Position numbers and translations under genes: made by a program. The notes beneath the pieces were generated by a model. It was not told where the DNA came from, ran no database searches, and was given only the letters and a program-made list of their open reading frames with translations. Positions 35,615 through 44,353 of a stretch of 64,000 nt of DNA are shown here, one piece after another (position 1 is the first letter of the stretch; each line of letters opens with the position of its first letter). Origin of the DNA: Candidatus Pacearchaeota archaeon (lineage in GTDB: Archaea > Nanobdellota > Nanobdellia > Pacearchaeales > GW2011-AR1); NCBI GenBank assembly GCA_023133415.1, contig JAGLWM010000003.1, forward strand, positions 10,544 through 74,543, in the 5' to 3' direction.

Positions 35615-36877
35615 ATGAAAACAAAAACTTTCCAACCCGGAGACAAAATCAAAATCCAAACAAAATCAAAATCATGGGAAGGCTACATACTACAATCCCA
35701 CGACCCAGAAATCATTCTCCTAAAACTAAAATCCGGCTACAATATAGGACTCCGCGAATCCGAAATCCTAGACGCAACAATCATAAAATCAACCGATAAG
35801 CGAAACAACACAAAGCTAGTCTCGCAGCGAAACGATCTACAATTGCCAAAAGTGGCAATTGTCATAACCGGAGGCACCATTTCATCTCGACTTGATCCAA
35901 AATCAGGAGGAGTAATACCAACCGACAAGGGAGAAATACTGAACATAGCACCAGACCTCAAAAAAATCTGCAATCCAATAATAGTCAATCCTTTCACAAA
36001 ATTCTCCGAAAATATGTCATATAAAGACTGGAAAGCAATAACGGAAACCTGCAAAAAATTCATAGAAGACAAAACAATATCTGGCATAATAATAACACAC
36101 GGAACCGACTTCCTCCACTACACAGCCGCAGCACTCGCATTCTTCATCCAAAATCTTAACAAACCAATAGCACTAACCTACTCCCAGCGATCCATCGACA
36201 GAGCCTCAACTGACGCCGCCCTAAACCTGCTCTGCGCAGCAAAATACGCAACCTCCGACATCGCAGAAATAGCATTAATAGGACACGAAACCACTTCCGA
36301 CGATACATGCATCGCAATGCCAGCAACAAAAGTAAGAAAAATGCACACCTCCAAAAGAGATGCCTTCAAGATAATCAACGATTCGCCTATCGCAAGAATC
36401 ACAAAAGACAACATAAAAATTCTAAAAGAATTCAACGCAAGAAATAACAATACACCAAAATTCGATACAAAATTCGAAGAAAAAGTAACCCTAATAAAAA
36501 TTCACCCAGGACAAGATCCATCAATAATAGACTTCTATCAATCTCAAGGCTACAAAGGAATAATTTTAGAAGTCACAGGAATAGGACAGGTCCCAACTAA
36601 AGATGCAAAATTCAACTGGCTCCCAAAAATAAAAAAAGCCATATCCTCAGGAATGACAATCTGCGCGACAGCACAAACAATAAACGGAAGACTAAACCCT
36701 AACGTCTATACCGCCGGACGAGACCTCCAAAAAACCGGAATAATCTTCCTAAAAGACATGCTCTCCGAAACCGCTTTGATTAAATTAAGCTGGGTTTTGG
36801 GACACAAACAATGGAACAAAAAAAAGAAAATGTTGGAAAAAATTTCCAACGAATTCAACGATAAAATAATAAAATAA
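35615..36877 (+). CDS. gatD: Glu-tRNA(Gln) amidotransferase subunit D
   Basis: Asparaginase-like TGGTISSR and ITHGTD motifs after a small N-terminal domain. Start moved to MKTKTF. Confidence 0.9.
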   Translation: MKTKTFQPGDKIKIQTKSKSWEGYILQSHDPEIILLKLKSGYNIGLRESEILDATIIKSTDKRNNTKLVSQRNDLQLPKVAIVITGGTISSRLDPKSGGVIPTDKGEILNIAPDLKKICNPIIVNPFTKFSENMSYKDWKAITETCKKFIEDKTISGIIITHGTDFLHYTAAALAFFIQNLNKPIALTYSQRSIDRASTDAALNLLCAAKYATSDIAEIALIGHETTSDDTCIAMPATKVRKMHTSKRDAFKIINDSPIARITKDNIKILKEFNARNNNTPKFDTKFEEKVTLIKIHPGQDPSIIDFYQSQGYKGIILEVTGIGQVPTKDAKFNWLPKIKKAISSGMTICATAQTINGRLNPNVYTAGRDLQKTGIIFLKDMLSETALIKLSWVLGHKQWNKKKKMLEKISNEFNDKIIK

Positions 36878-36879
36878 GA

Positions 36880-37152
36880 TTATCTCTTAGAAACTTCCCA
36901 GCTAATCGGATATTTTCTAGCCACAAAATTGTAAATCACAATCCCAACCAAAACAAACAAATATCCAGCAATTCCACCAACAATCGGAGCTACAACAAAA
37001 GCCGAAACCGCAGTAACCTGTACGCCATAAGAAACTAATAATTCAACCCGTGCAGTCCACTGTAAAATTCCAACAACCAAATACATAATCAGCGACAAAA
37101 CTCCAAAAATCACAGCCGAATTATAATCAATCTTTGTTAACTTCATATTCAC
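36880..37152 (-). CDS. Small membrane protein
   Basis: Three hydrophobic segments. ORF only. Confidence 0.45.
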   Translation of the reverse strand: MNMKLTKIDYNSAVIFGVLSLIMYLVVGILQWTARVELLVSYGVQVTAVSAFVVAPIVGGIAGYLFVLVGIVIYNFVARKYPISWEVSKR

Positions 37153-37208
37153 CTCCTTGCAATATCAAAGAAAACAACTTATTTAAACCTTCACTCGTTT
37201 ACTTCCTT

Positions 37209-38642
37209 ATGAAACACGATTACAAAAAAATTGGATTGAAATCTGGCTTAGAAATTCATCAACAATTAGACACCCACAAACTCTTTTGCTCTTGCCCATC
37301 AATCCTCCGACAAGACAAACCCCAATACGAAATCCAAAGAACACTCAATCCAGTCATAGGAGAAACCGGCGAAATAGACACAGCAGTCGCACACGAAGCA
37401 AGCCAAAATAAAAACTTCATCTATCAGGTTTACGACACAAACTGCCTCGTCGAATTAGACGAAGAACCACCCCACACAATCAACCAAGAAGCCACAAAAA
37501 TAACACTCCAAATCGCACACCTTCTAAACTGCAAAATATTCCCAGTCACCCAAGTCATGCGAAAAACTGTAATCGACGGCTCAAACACCTCAGGCTTCCA
37601 ACGAACAGCGCTAATTGCCCACGATGGCTACGTAGAAATATCTTCAGGCAAAAAAATCGCAATCGACTATCTCATGCTAGAAGAAGACTCCGCCCGAAAA
37701 GTCACCGACCACCGACCTGCGACCTGCGACCTACAACCTGCGACCTGCGACCTGCGACCAATTTTCAAATTGGATCGCTTAGGCATCCCCTTAGTTGAAA
37801 TCACAACCGGCCCACATCTGCACAGCCCAGACGAAATCAAAGAAGCCGCACTAAAAATCGGAGAAATCCTACGAGCCTGCAAAGTCAAACGAGGTATCGG
37901 AACAATCCGTCAAGATGTCAACATCTCAATCAAAGACAGTAAACGAGTCGAAATCAAAGGCTTCCAAAATCCAAAAATGATGCAAAAAACGATAGACATA
38001 GAAATAACAAGACAGCAAAAATGCATCAAAGAAAAATCCTGCAAAAACGAAGTTCGAAACGCTCTCCCCGACGGAACAACAGAATTTCTCCGACCGATGC
38101 CAGGCGCAGCGCGAATGTATCCTGAAACCGATCACCCTCTACTGAAAATCACTCGCGACCTAATCAATGAAACAAAAAAGAACCTCCCAAAACTAGCCTC
38201 CGAAAATACCTCCTACCTCCAAAAATTCGGCCTCAACCCAGAACTAATCAAGCTAATCCTAAAACAAAACAAACTAGAAGATTTCAAAACCCTAACCCAC
38301 GAACACAATAACCCAAACCTCATAGCCAAAATGCTAACCCTTTTTCAATCCAAGAAAGAAAAAATCTCAACCGATAAACTAGAAGAAATCCTAGAAAAAA
38401 TCTCCAAAAAAGAAATCCACGAAACTGATGTAAAAACAATAATGCAAAAAATCTCCCAAGGAATCTCCCTAAAAGAAGCTATGGAAAAACCAAGCATAGA
38501 CCTAAAATCCGAAGCCCAAAAAATTCTAAAGGAAAAACCCGGACTAACTCAAGGTGCATATATGGGATTAATTATGGGCAAATTTAACGGACAAGTTTCT
38601 GGGAAAGAGGTTATGGAAGTTTTGAGAGAATTATGTAGTTAA
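37209..38642 (+). CDS. gatE: Glu-tRNA(Gln) amidotransferase subunit E
   Basis: GLKSGLEIHQQL, LEEDSARK and LDRLGIPLVEITTGP motifs. Start moved to MKHDYKK. Carries the repeat insert TDHRPATCDLQPATCDLRP. Confidence 0.9.
   Translation: MKHDYKKIGLKSGLEIHQQLDTHKLFCSCPSILRQDKPQYEIQRTLNPVIGETGEIDTAVAHEASQNKNFIYQVYDTNCLVELDEEPPHTINQEATKITLQIAHLLNCKIFPVTQVMRKTVIDGSNTSGFQRTALIAHDGYVEISSGKKIAIDYLMLEEDSARKVTDHRPATCDLQPATCDLRPIFKLDRLGIPLVEITTGPHLHSPDEIKEAALKIGEILRACKVKRGIGTIRQDVNISIKDSKRVEIKGFQNPKMMQKTIDIEITRQQKCIKEKSCKNEVRNALPDGTTEFLRPMPGAARMYPETDHPLLKITRDLINETKKNLPKLASENTSYLQKFGLNPELIKLILKQNKLEDFKTLTHEHNNPNLIAKMLTLFQSKKEKISTDKLEEILEKISKKEIHETDVKTIMQKISQGISLKEAMEKPSIDLKSEAQKILKEKPGLTQGAYMGLIMGKFNGQVSGKEVMEVLRELCS
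37706..37761. repeat. Heptanucleotide tandem tract (CGACCNN x8) in frame inside gatE
   Basis: Units at 37706, 37713, 37720, 37727, 37734, 37741, 37748 and 37755. The palindrome CCAATTT-TC-AAATTGG at 37758-37773 overlaps the end. Confidence 0.85.
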
Positions 38643-39253
38643 TCTTTTATAACAAATAATTCTCTTATTTTTAAAGCTGTATAAATAATTGCTTTTTCTC
38701 TTGAAGTTATCTTTGTCTTCCGAAAATTTGCATATCTTAACTTTAAACTTCTTTCCAAATTTTTTACTTTTTGTAAATCGGCATTTTCAAAATCTACATT
38801 GCCAAGATATGTTTCATCAAAATTCGCACCCTCAAGCTTTGCGCCTCTAAGCTTTGCACTCGTAAGATCTGCATTTTTAAAGTTTACATTGCCAAGATAT
38901 GTTTCATCAAAATTCGCACCCTCAAGCTTTGCACTCGTAAAATTCGCACCCTCAAGCTTTGCATCCCAAAAATATACCCATTCAAGATTCGCACCCTCAA
39001 AATTCACACTCTTTCCTTGAGTATGAGGCAAATATAATCCTCGTGCTTGAATATATTTAAATTCAGAATTATTAATAATAAAAGGATTTAACTTAAAATC
39101 TTCTTTTTTAAGATAATTCCGCATTTCTTCGAATCTTTCATTACCGCTTAAATTAAAACCTGTTTCTAATTCAATTCCAGAAAAGTCCCTTTCTCCTTCT
39201 ATGGTTTTCTTTACAAATTCCTCCCCTCGCATTTGTTTAAGTTTTGTTACCAC
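38639..39253 (-). CDS. Pentapeptide-repeat protein
   Basis: A[ND]LxGANF-type repeats. A 48-nt DNA unit is repeated at 38795-38842 and 38885-38932. Confidence 0.8.
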   Translation of the reverse strand: MVTKLKQMRGEEFVKKTIEGERDFSGIELETGFNLSGNERFEEMRNYLKKEDFKLNPFIINNSEFKYIQARGLYLPHTQGKSVNFEGANLEWVYFWDAKLEGANFTSAKLEGANFDETYLGNVNFKNADLTSAKLRGAKLEGANFDETYLGNVDFENADLQKVKNLERSLKLRYANFRKTKITSREKAIIYTALKIRELFVIKD

Positions 39254-39325
39254 ATTTTATACAAGAAAAAAAGCTTTATAAATTTTTCTAGTTGTTGCTA
39301 TTATTCAATTAATACGAACATTCTC

Positions 39326-39526
39326 CTACTTCAAAAATCCATCAACCACCCAAACCATCAAAAAACCCATCACAGCACCAACAACCCCCACAACAACCAA
39401 ACTATTAGAACCCGAAACCGCACCAAGCCCACCGCCAATAGCCCCGCCAATAGCACCAAGCCAAAACTCTCGCTTTCTCATGACCCAATAACAAAAAAAC
39501 AATTTATAAAACTTTCTCGACATCAA
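39326..39526 (-). CDS. Small Gly-rich membrane protein
   Basis: GAIGGAIGGGLGAVSG followed by a hydrophobic segment. Overlaps the upstream ORF by 4 nt. Confidence 0.35.
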   Translation of the reverse strand: MMSRKFYKLFFCYWVMRKREFWLGAIGGAIGGGLGAVSGSNSLVVVGVVGAVMGFLMVWVVDGFLK

Positions 39527-39759
39527 GAATTCTCACCCAACTCCTTCAACCTCTTAATATGCGCCTCCGCAATCGCCTCAATATTCCGCAACATCTTAAC
39601 CAGCTCGTTCCTCTCCGCCATCAATGTCCTCAATGCTCCCCTATGAAACCCCACTTCGGTATCCTGCGATACAGGAACACTCTTTTCCGAAACCTCATTA
39701 GACTTCGCAGAATCAATCGCACTCTCCAAATCTTCAACATCCATAATAAATAATAACAA
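39523..39759 (-). CDS. Hypothetical protein
   Basis: ORF only. Confidence 0.4.
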   Translation of the reverse strand: MLLFIMDVEDLESAIDSAKSNEVSEKSVPVSQDTEVGFHRGALRTLMAERNELVKMLRNIEAIAEAHIKRLKELGENS

Positions 39760-39889
39760 TCTCCCTATAAAAACATTCCCACAATTCTAACTCCGTTGAA
39801 AAAATCAAATAAATAAAGACTCATCACCATCAATATTCGACTAAAAACTTATTCTACTCTTTGCAAATCTAAAAAAAAGATTCCTGAAA

Positions 39890-41302
39890 TTAACCGCATC
39901 CCTCGTCGACCACCCCATCGCAATCCTCGTCAATTCCGTTTCCGCAAATTTCAGTTGCGTTTGGATGGACGCTTGAATTAGTATCGTCGCAGTCAAAATT
40001 CGGGTCTGTTGTGTCGCATGTTCCGTCGCACGAGCCAAGCAAAGGCAGCGGGTCGCCGTCAGCTCCCCAACAGCCAAAATTGTTGTACCAGTTTGTGTAT
40101 TCTGTTAAATCCATTGAAACCATAAATGACATTGAGGTAATAGCCAAAGGATTATACGGTTCAAATCTAAGCAATTTAACATAAAGCCATTCTCCATTAG
40201 AATTGTCGCTCCAAAATGCAAGCACATTAGTCATTCCTCCGTGATTTATTCGTATCAAATCCTGATCTCTTAAACTCGCGAGAGAAGTTCCAGTAGACAT
40301 GCCTCTATCATACATAGGGGCAAAATCTTCACCTGAATGACCTGTAGGATAATTCTCCTGAGGAGGCAATCCTAAACGCGCCACTGTTACATACTTATAG
40401 TGATTAGGAAACCAAATTGTAAGGGATGTTTGTACATTTCCCGGCGGGATATAAAAACGAAAAAAAGGTTCGCTTGTTATACTGTCTACATGAACACCAT
40501 AGCTGTCATAACCGGTGTATCCCGAGTAATAATTAGTCATTATAGTTGAACCAGGAACTGCAAAATCTGGATTTTGACATACTACATTTTCCGGCGTGTA
40601 AATATCCTGATAAGTTGTTTCGCCAGTGCGACGCTCCTCAAACTGATAATAAGAAATATAATCCTCTGGCTGCCCGTTAACCCCATTATTCACCGGCGGA
40701 GACGTGCCAACATCAGTCCCCGGATACCCGTCTCCGTCTTGGTCAGTGCAACCGTCCACATCACCCGGTCCGCACCCCTCATCAACCTCCCCGTCGCAAT
40801 CGTCATCAATTCCGTTCCCGCAAATTTCAGGCGTACAATTAATCAATGCCACTTCTAGCAAGGGAATTGGGTCATCGTAACAGATAAATAGTTTTTTTGA
40901 AGATGTCTTATTTATCGCTGGACAAATTTCAATTTTATCAGAAAGACTGATATCCCCCAGATTAACCTCCTGCCTAATTGATTTTCCAGCAAGAACAGTC
41001 ATATTAATCTTGATAATTTCAGAATCTCCACCAAAATATTTTTTAATTTCAAACGCATTAATATCAATATTTCCCTTATTAACAATTTCTAAAACACTCC
41101 CGTTATTATCCAATATAGCATTAAAATTAACAGAAGAGCATATTTTATTAACAGATAGTTCAGAACCTCCTGCTTGATCATCAACAAATGCACGTGCCCA
41201 TAAAAAAATCATAATTGCTAAAATAATAACTACCAGGATTAATAAAACACTTGCGATAACAGGTGAAAGACCTTTTTTGCAAAAATAATCTTTCTTTCTC
41301 AT
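39890..41302 (-). CDS. Pilin-like (class III signal peptide) surface protein with CGNGIDxDCDG motifs
   Basis: KKGLSPVIASVLLILVVIILAI N-terminus and two CGNGID[DE]DCDG[EV]VDEGCG motifs. Confidence 0.65.
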   Translation of the reverse strand: MRKKDYFCKKGLSPVIASVLLILVVIILAIMIFLWARAFVDDQAGGSELSVNKICSSVNFNAILDNNGSVLEIVNKGNIDINAFEIKKYFGGDSEIIKINMTVLAGKSIRQEVNLGDISLSDKIEICPAINKTSSKKLFICYDDPIPLLEVALINCTPEICGNGIDDDCDGEVDEGCGPGDVDGCTDQDGDGYPGTDVGTSPPVNNGVNGQPEDYISYYQFEERRTGETTYQDIYTPENVVCQNPDFAVPGSTIMTNYYSGYTGYDSYGVHVDSITSEPFFRFYIPPGNVQTSLTIWFPNHYKYVTVARLGLPPQENYPTGHSGEDFAPMYDRGMSTGTSLASLRDQDLIRINHGGMTNVLAFWSDNSNGEWLYVKLLRFEPYNPLAITSMSFMVSMDLTEYTNWYNNFGCWGADGDPLPLLGSCDGTCDTTDPNFDCDDTNSSVHPNATEICGNGIDEDCDGVVDEGCG

Positions 41303-41471
41303 AATCTTAACAACAATATTTTCTATTTAAATACTTATATTCCATTTCACACAATACGAATCCTATAAAAACATTACCTCCCTTATATGTCTTGACAGAT
41401 GCCATCTAGGCAGGAGGTACACCCCTGGATGTCCCCACAATTCTTATAAACCCAAAACCATTTCCAACAAC

Positions 41472-42758
41472 ATGCAACGAACCCTAATCAAAGACGCATT
41501 CGAGAAAACAGACCAAGTTCTTCTAAAAGGCTGGGTCCACGAAACACGAGACCTCAAAAAAGTCAGATTCCTAATCTTAAAAGACATTTCCGGCAGAATT
41601 CAAGTAACGGGTATCCAAAACAAAACCGACGAAAAAACATTTGAACTCCTAGACAACCTAAACCGAGAATCTGTTGTCCAAGTCATCGGAACACTAAAAG
41701 AATGTGCCCAAGCCCCAAACGGAAAAGAACTAATCCCAGAATCAATCGAAATAATCGCAAAAGCAAAAAACCCACTCCCAATCGACGCATCCGACTATTC
41801 CAAAACAGAACTTCCACTAAGATTAGACAACAGGTTCCTCGATTTACATTCCACAAGAACCCAAGCCATCTTTAAAATTCAATCCACAATCGGCGCCTCA
41901 TTCATTGAATACTTCACAAATAAAGGCTTCATCTACGCGCACACCCCCTCACTCATAGCCGCAAGCTCTGAAGGCGGAACAGAATTATTCAAAGCAAAAT
42001 ATTTCGAAAAAGAAGTCTTCCTCGCGCAATCCCCACAACTCTACAAACAAATGATAGCATGCTCAATGGAAAATATGGTAACAATCACACCAGTCTGGCG
42101 AGCAGAAAAACACAATACTGTCCGACACTTAAACGAATGCCGACAAATGGATATCGAAATGGCTTTCACTGATGCGAAAACAGTCCTAGAAGAAATGGGT
42201 TCATGCATCCAATATATAGTAAAACAAGTAATCAAAAAAAACTCCGAAGAATTAGAAGTCTTAAAATTGAAACTAGAAATCCCAAAAACAAAATACCTAA
42301 CATTCGCAGAAACAAAAGAACTCCTAGAAAAAAACGGAATCAAAATCCCAGATGACGACTTAACAGGAGAAGCAGAGAAAAAACTCAACGAACTATTCCC
42401 AAATACTCTAACTTTTGTAACCGATTGGCCAATGAAAGGAAAACCGTTCTACATTATGCCAAAAGACGAAGACCCAAACGCCGAACTAAGCGAAGGCTTC
42501 GATGCAATCTACAAAGGAATGGAAATCAGCTCCGGCGGACAACGAATCCACATACCAGAACTCCTAGAAAAACGATTAAAAGCAAACAACCTCGACCCAA
42601 AAGATTTCAAATCATACATAGACAGCTTCAGATTCGGAGCGCCACCTCACTCAGGCTGGTCAATCGGAATCGAACGATTCACACAAGTCCTACTCGAAAT
42701 CTCAAATGTCAGGGAAGTCTGCATGTTCCCACGAGACCGAGAAAGAATCACACCATAA
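41472..42758 (+). CDS. aspS: Aspartyl-tRNA synthetase (archaeal type)
   Basis: GWVHETRDLKKVRFLILKD (OB fold), PVWRAEKH, GMEISSGGQR and GAPPHSGWSIGIERF motifs. Confidence 0.9.
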   Translation: MQRTLIKDAFEKTDQVLLKGWVHETRDLKKVRFLILKDISGRIQVTGIQNKTDEKTFELLDNLNRESVVQVIGTLKECAQAPNGKELIPESIEIIAKAKNPLPIDASDYSKTELPLRLDNRFLDLHSTRTQAIFKIQSTIGASFIEYFTNKGFIYAHTPSLIAASSEGGTELFKAKYFEKEVFLAQSPQLYKQMIACSMENMVTITPVWRAEKHNTVRHLNECRQMDIEMAFTDAKTVLEEMGSCIQYIVKQVIKKNSEELEVLKLKLEIPKTKYLTFAETKELLEKNGIKIPDDDLTGEAEKKLNELFPNTLTFVTDWPMKGKPFYIMPKDEDPNAELSEGFDAIYKGMEISSGGQRIHIPELLEKRLKANNLDPKDFKSYIDSFRFGAPPHSGWSIGIERFTQVLLEISNVREVCMFPRDRERITP

Positions 42759-42759
42759 A

Positions 42760-43164
42760 TTATTTCAACAAATTATAAACTTCTTTAACGTCAATACTCT
42801 CATCTGGCTTTCCATGAAACCATAAATCCAGCTCATCATTTCCATATCTCGCAACCACATGATAATGCAAATGAAAAACACTCTGCTGAGCATCCTTCCC
42901 AGACGCATTAATAATATTCACTCCTGTGGCTCCAAGTTTATCCCTACAAAGAAAAGCCATTTTCTTACAAACAATACTAATTTTTTCTAATACTTCATCT
43001 GAAGTTTCAAAAATATTTTCATAATGTTTCTTGGGCACAACTAAAATATGTCCCTTTGAAACCGGACTAACATCTAAAAATGCTCTAACTATTTCATCTT
43101 CATACAAGGTATACGACTCAATCTCACCCATAGCAATCTTACAAAAAATACAATCCTCATTCAT
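42760..43164 (-). CDS. HIT-family hydrolase
   Basis: CIFCKI, HILVVPKKH and histidine triad HLHYHVV. Start moved to MNEDC. Confidence 0.85.
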   Translation of the reverse strand: MNEDCIFCKIAMGEIESYTLYEDEIVRAFLDVSPVSKGHILVVPKKHYENIFETSDEVLEKISIVCKKMAFLCRDKLGATGVNIINASGKDAQQSVFHLHYHVVARYGNDELDLWFHGKPDESIDVKEVYNLLK

Positions 43165-43214
43165 ACAAGAAACAACAACCCCAAATTTATAAACTCTCTC
43201 CTCCAACTCCTTTC

Positions 43215-43508
43215 ATGAAATCAACAATCCAACCAACAACCGCAAAAATCTCCGATTTTTGCTGGCACGAAGTCACCAAAGAAGAAAAACAGCAAATCAA
43301 ACAAGAGACAAAATCCCTCCTAAATGAATTTGCCTCAAAGCTCTCCAAAATCAAAGCCCCAGAAAAACACTATAAAAACAGAATGGGGACACGAGAAGAA
43401 GGCGACGGCTGGAAAACCGACGAAGAATTCCAAAGCACAACATTCGCAAACGCACCATTCATAGAAGATAATTTTCTAGTAGCAGAAAAAGGAGCATGGA
43501 AAAAATGA
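43215..43508 (+). CDS. gatC: Probable amidotransferase subunit C
   Basis: Size and pattern fit GatC (VTKEEKQQIKQ...LLNEF..., then TREEGD...FANAPFIEDNFLVAEK). Located upstream of gatA. Confidence 0.5.
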   Translation: MKSTIQPTTAKISDFCWHEVTKEEKQQIKQETKSLLNEFASKLSKIKAPEKHYKNRMGTREEGDGWKTDEEFQSTTFANAPFIEDNFLVAEKGAWKK

Positions 43509-44353
43509 ACAATACAATAATTCCAGATCAAGACAAACTGGAACAAATAAAAAAGAGATTCCAAAAACAAGGATCAGGATCAATCCACATCCTAACCGAC
43601 TTCGACAGAACTCTAACCCACTCACAAACAGCTGAAGGGAAAAATATTCCATCAATGATTTCTATATTAAGAAATGGAAACTATCTTACGAAAGGATACG
43701 CAAAACGAGCTCATGCCCTTTTTGATAAATACCATCCGATAGAAATTGACTCAAATATTCCAATCTACGAAAAAAAACAAGCCATGAAAGAATGGTGGAC
43801 ATCACACTTCAAATTACTAATAGAATCAGAACTGGAAAAAAAAGATCTTGAAGCAATCGTAAATACAGGAATAATAAGACTGCGTGACGGAACAAAAGAA
43901 TTATTCGATTATCTCCGCCAAAAACAAATCCCTATAGCAATAATGTCATCCAGTGGAGTCGGAAATGCAATCCAAATGTTTCTAGAAAAAGAAGGAATAT
44001 ATTCTAACAATGTTCATATAATCACAAACATCTACAGCTTCGACAACAACGGAAAAGCAACAAATGTTTCTGAACCAATAATCCACATCATGAACAAAGA
44101 CGAAACAGCAATCCATGATCACCCAGAAATTTACGACAAAATAAGGGACAGAAAAAATGTAATTCTTCTAGGAGACAGCCTAGGCGACATTGGAATGATA
44201 ACTGGATTCGACTACAATAATATTCTCAAAATCGGCTTTCTAAATCCTGGAGAAGAACAAAATGAATCAGAATACAAAAAAAACTTTGACCTAATAATAA
44301 CAAATGACTCACATATCAAACCAATAAATAAAATAATCCAAAACATAAAATGA
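43496..44353 (+). CDS. HAD-superfamily pyrimidine 5'-nucleotidase-like (UMPH-1 type)
   Basis: Motif I DFDRTLT and LGDSLGDIGM. Overall layout resembles cytosolic 5'-nucleotidase III. Confidence 0.65.
   Translation: MEKMNNTIIPDQDKLEQIKKRFQKQGSGSIHILTDFDRTLTHSQTAEGKNIPSMISILRNGNYLTKGYAKRAHALFDKYHPIEIDSNIPIYEKKQAMKEWWTSHFKLLIESELEKKDLEAIVNTGIIRLRDGTKELFDYLRQKQIPIAIMSSSGVGNAIQMFLEKEGIYSNNVHIITNIYSFDNNGKATNVSEPIIHIMNKDETAIHDHPEIYDKIRDRKNVILLGDSLGDIGMITGFDYNNILKIGFLNPGEEQNESEYKKNFDLIITNDSHIKPINKIIQNIK

Noticed and set aside
39841-40077. 78-aa ORF overlapping the 3' end of the pilin-like gene in another frame.
   Set aside because: It is a same-strand frame shadow of a longer ORF with recognisable N- and C-terminal motifs.
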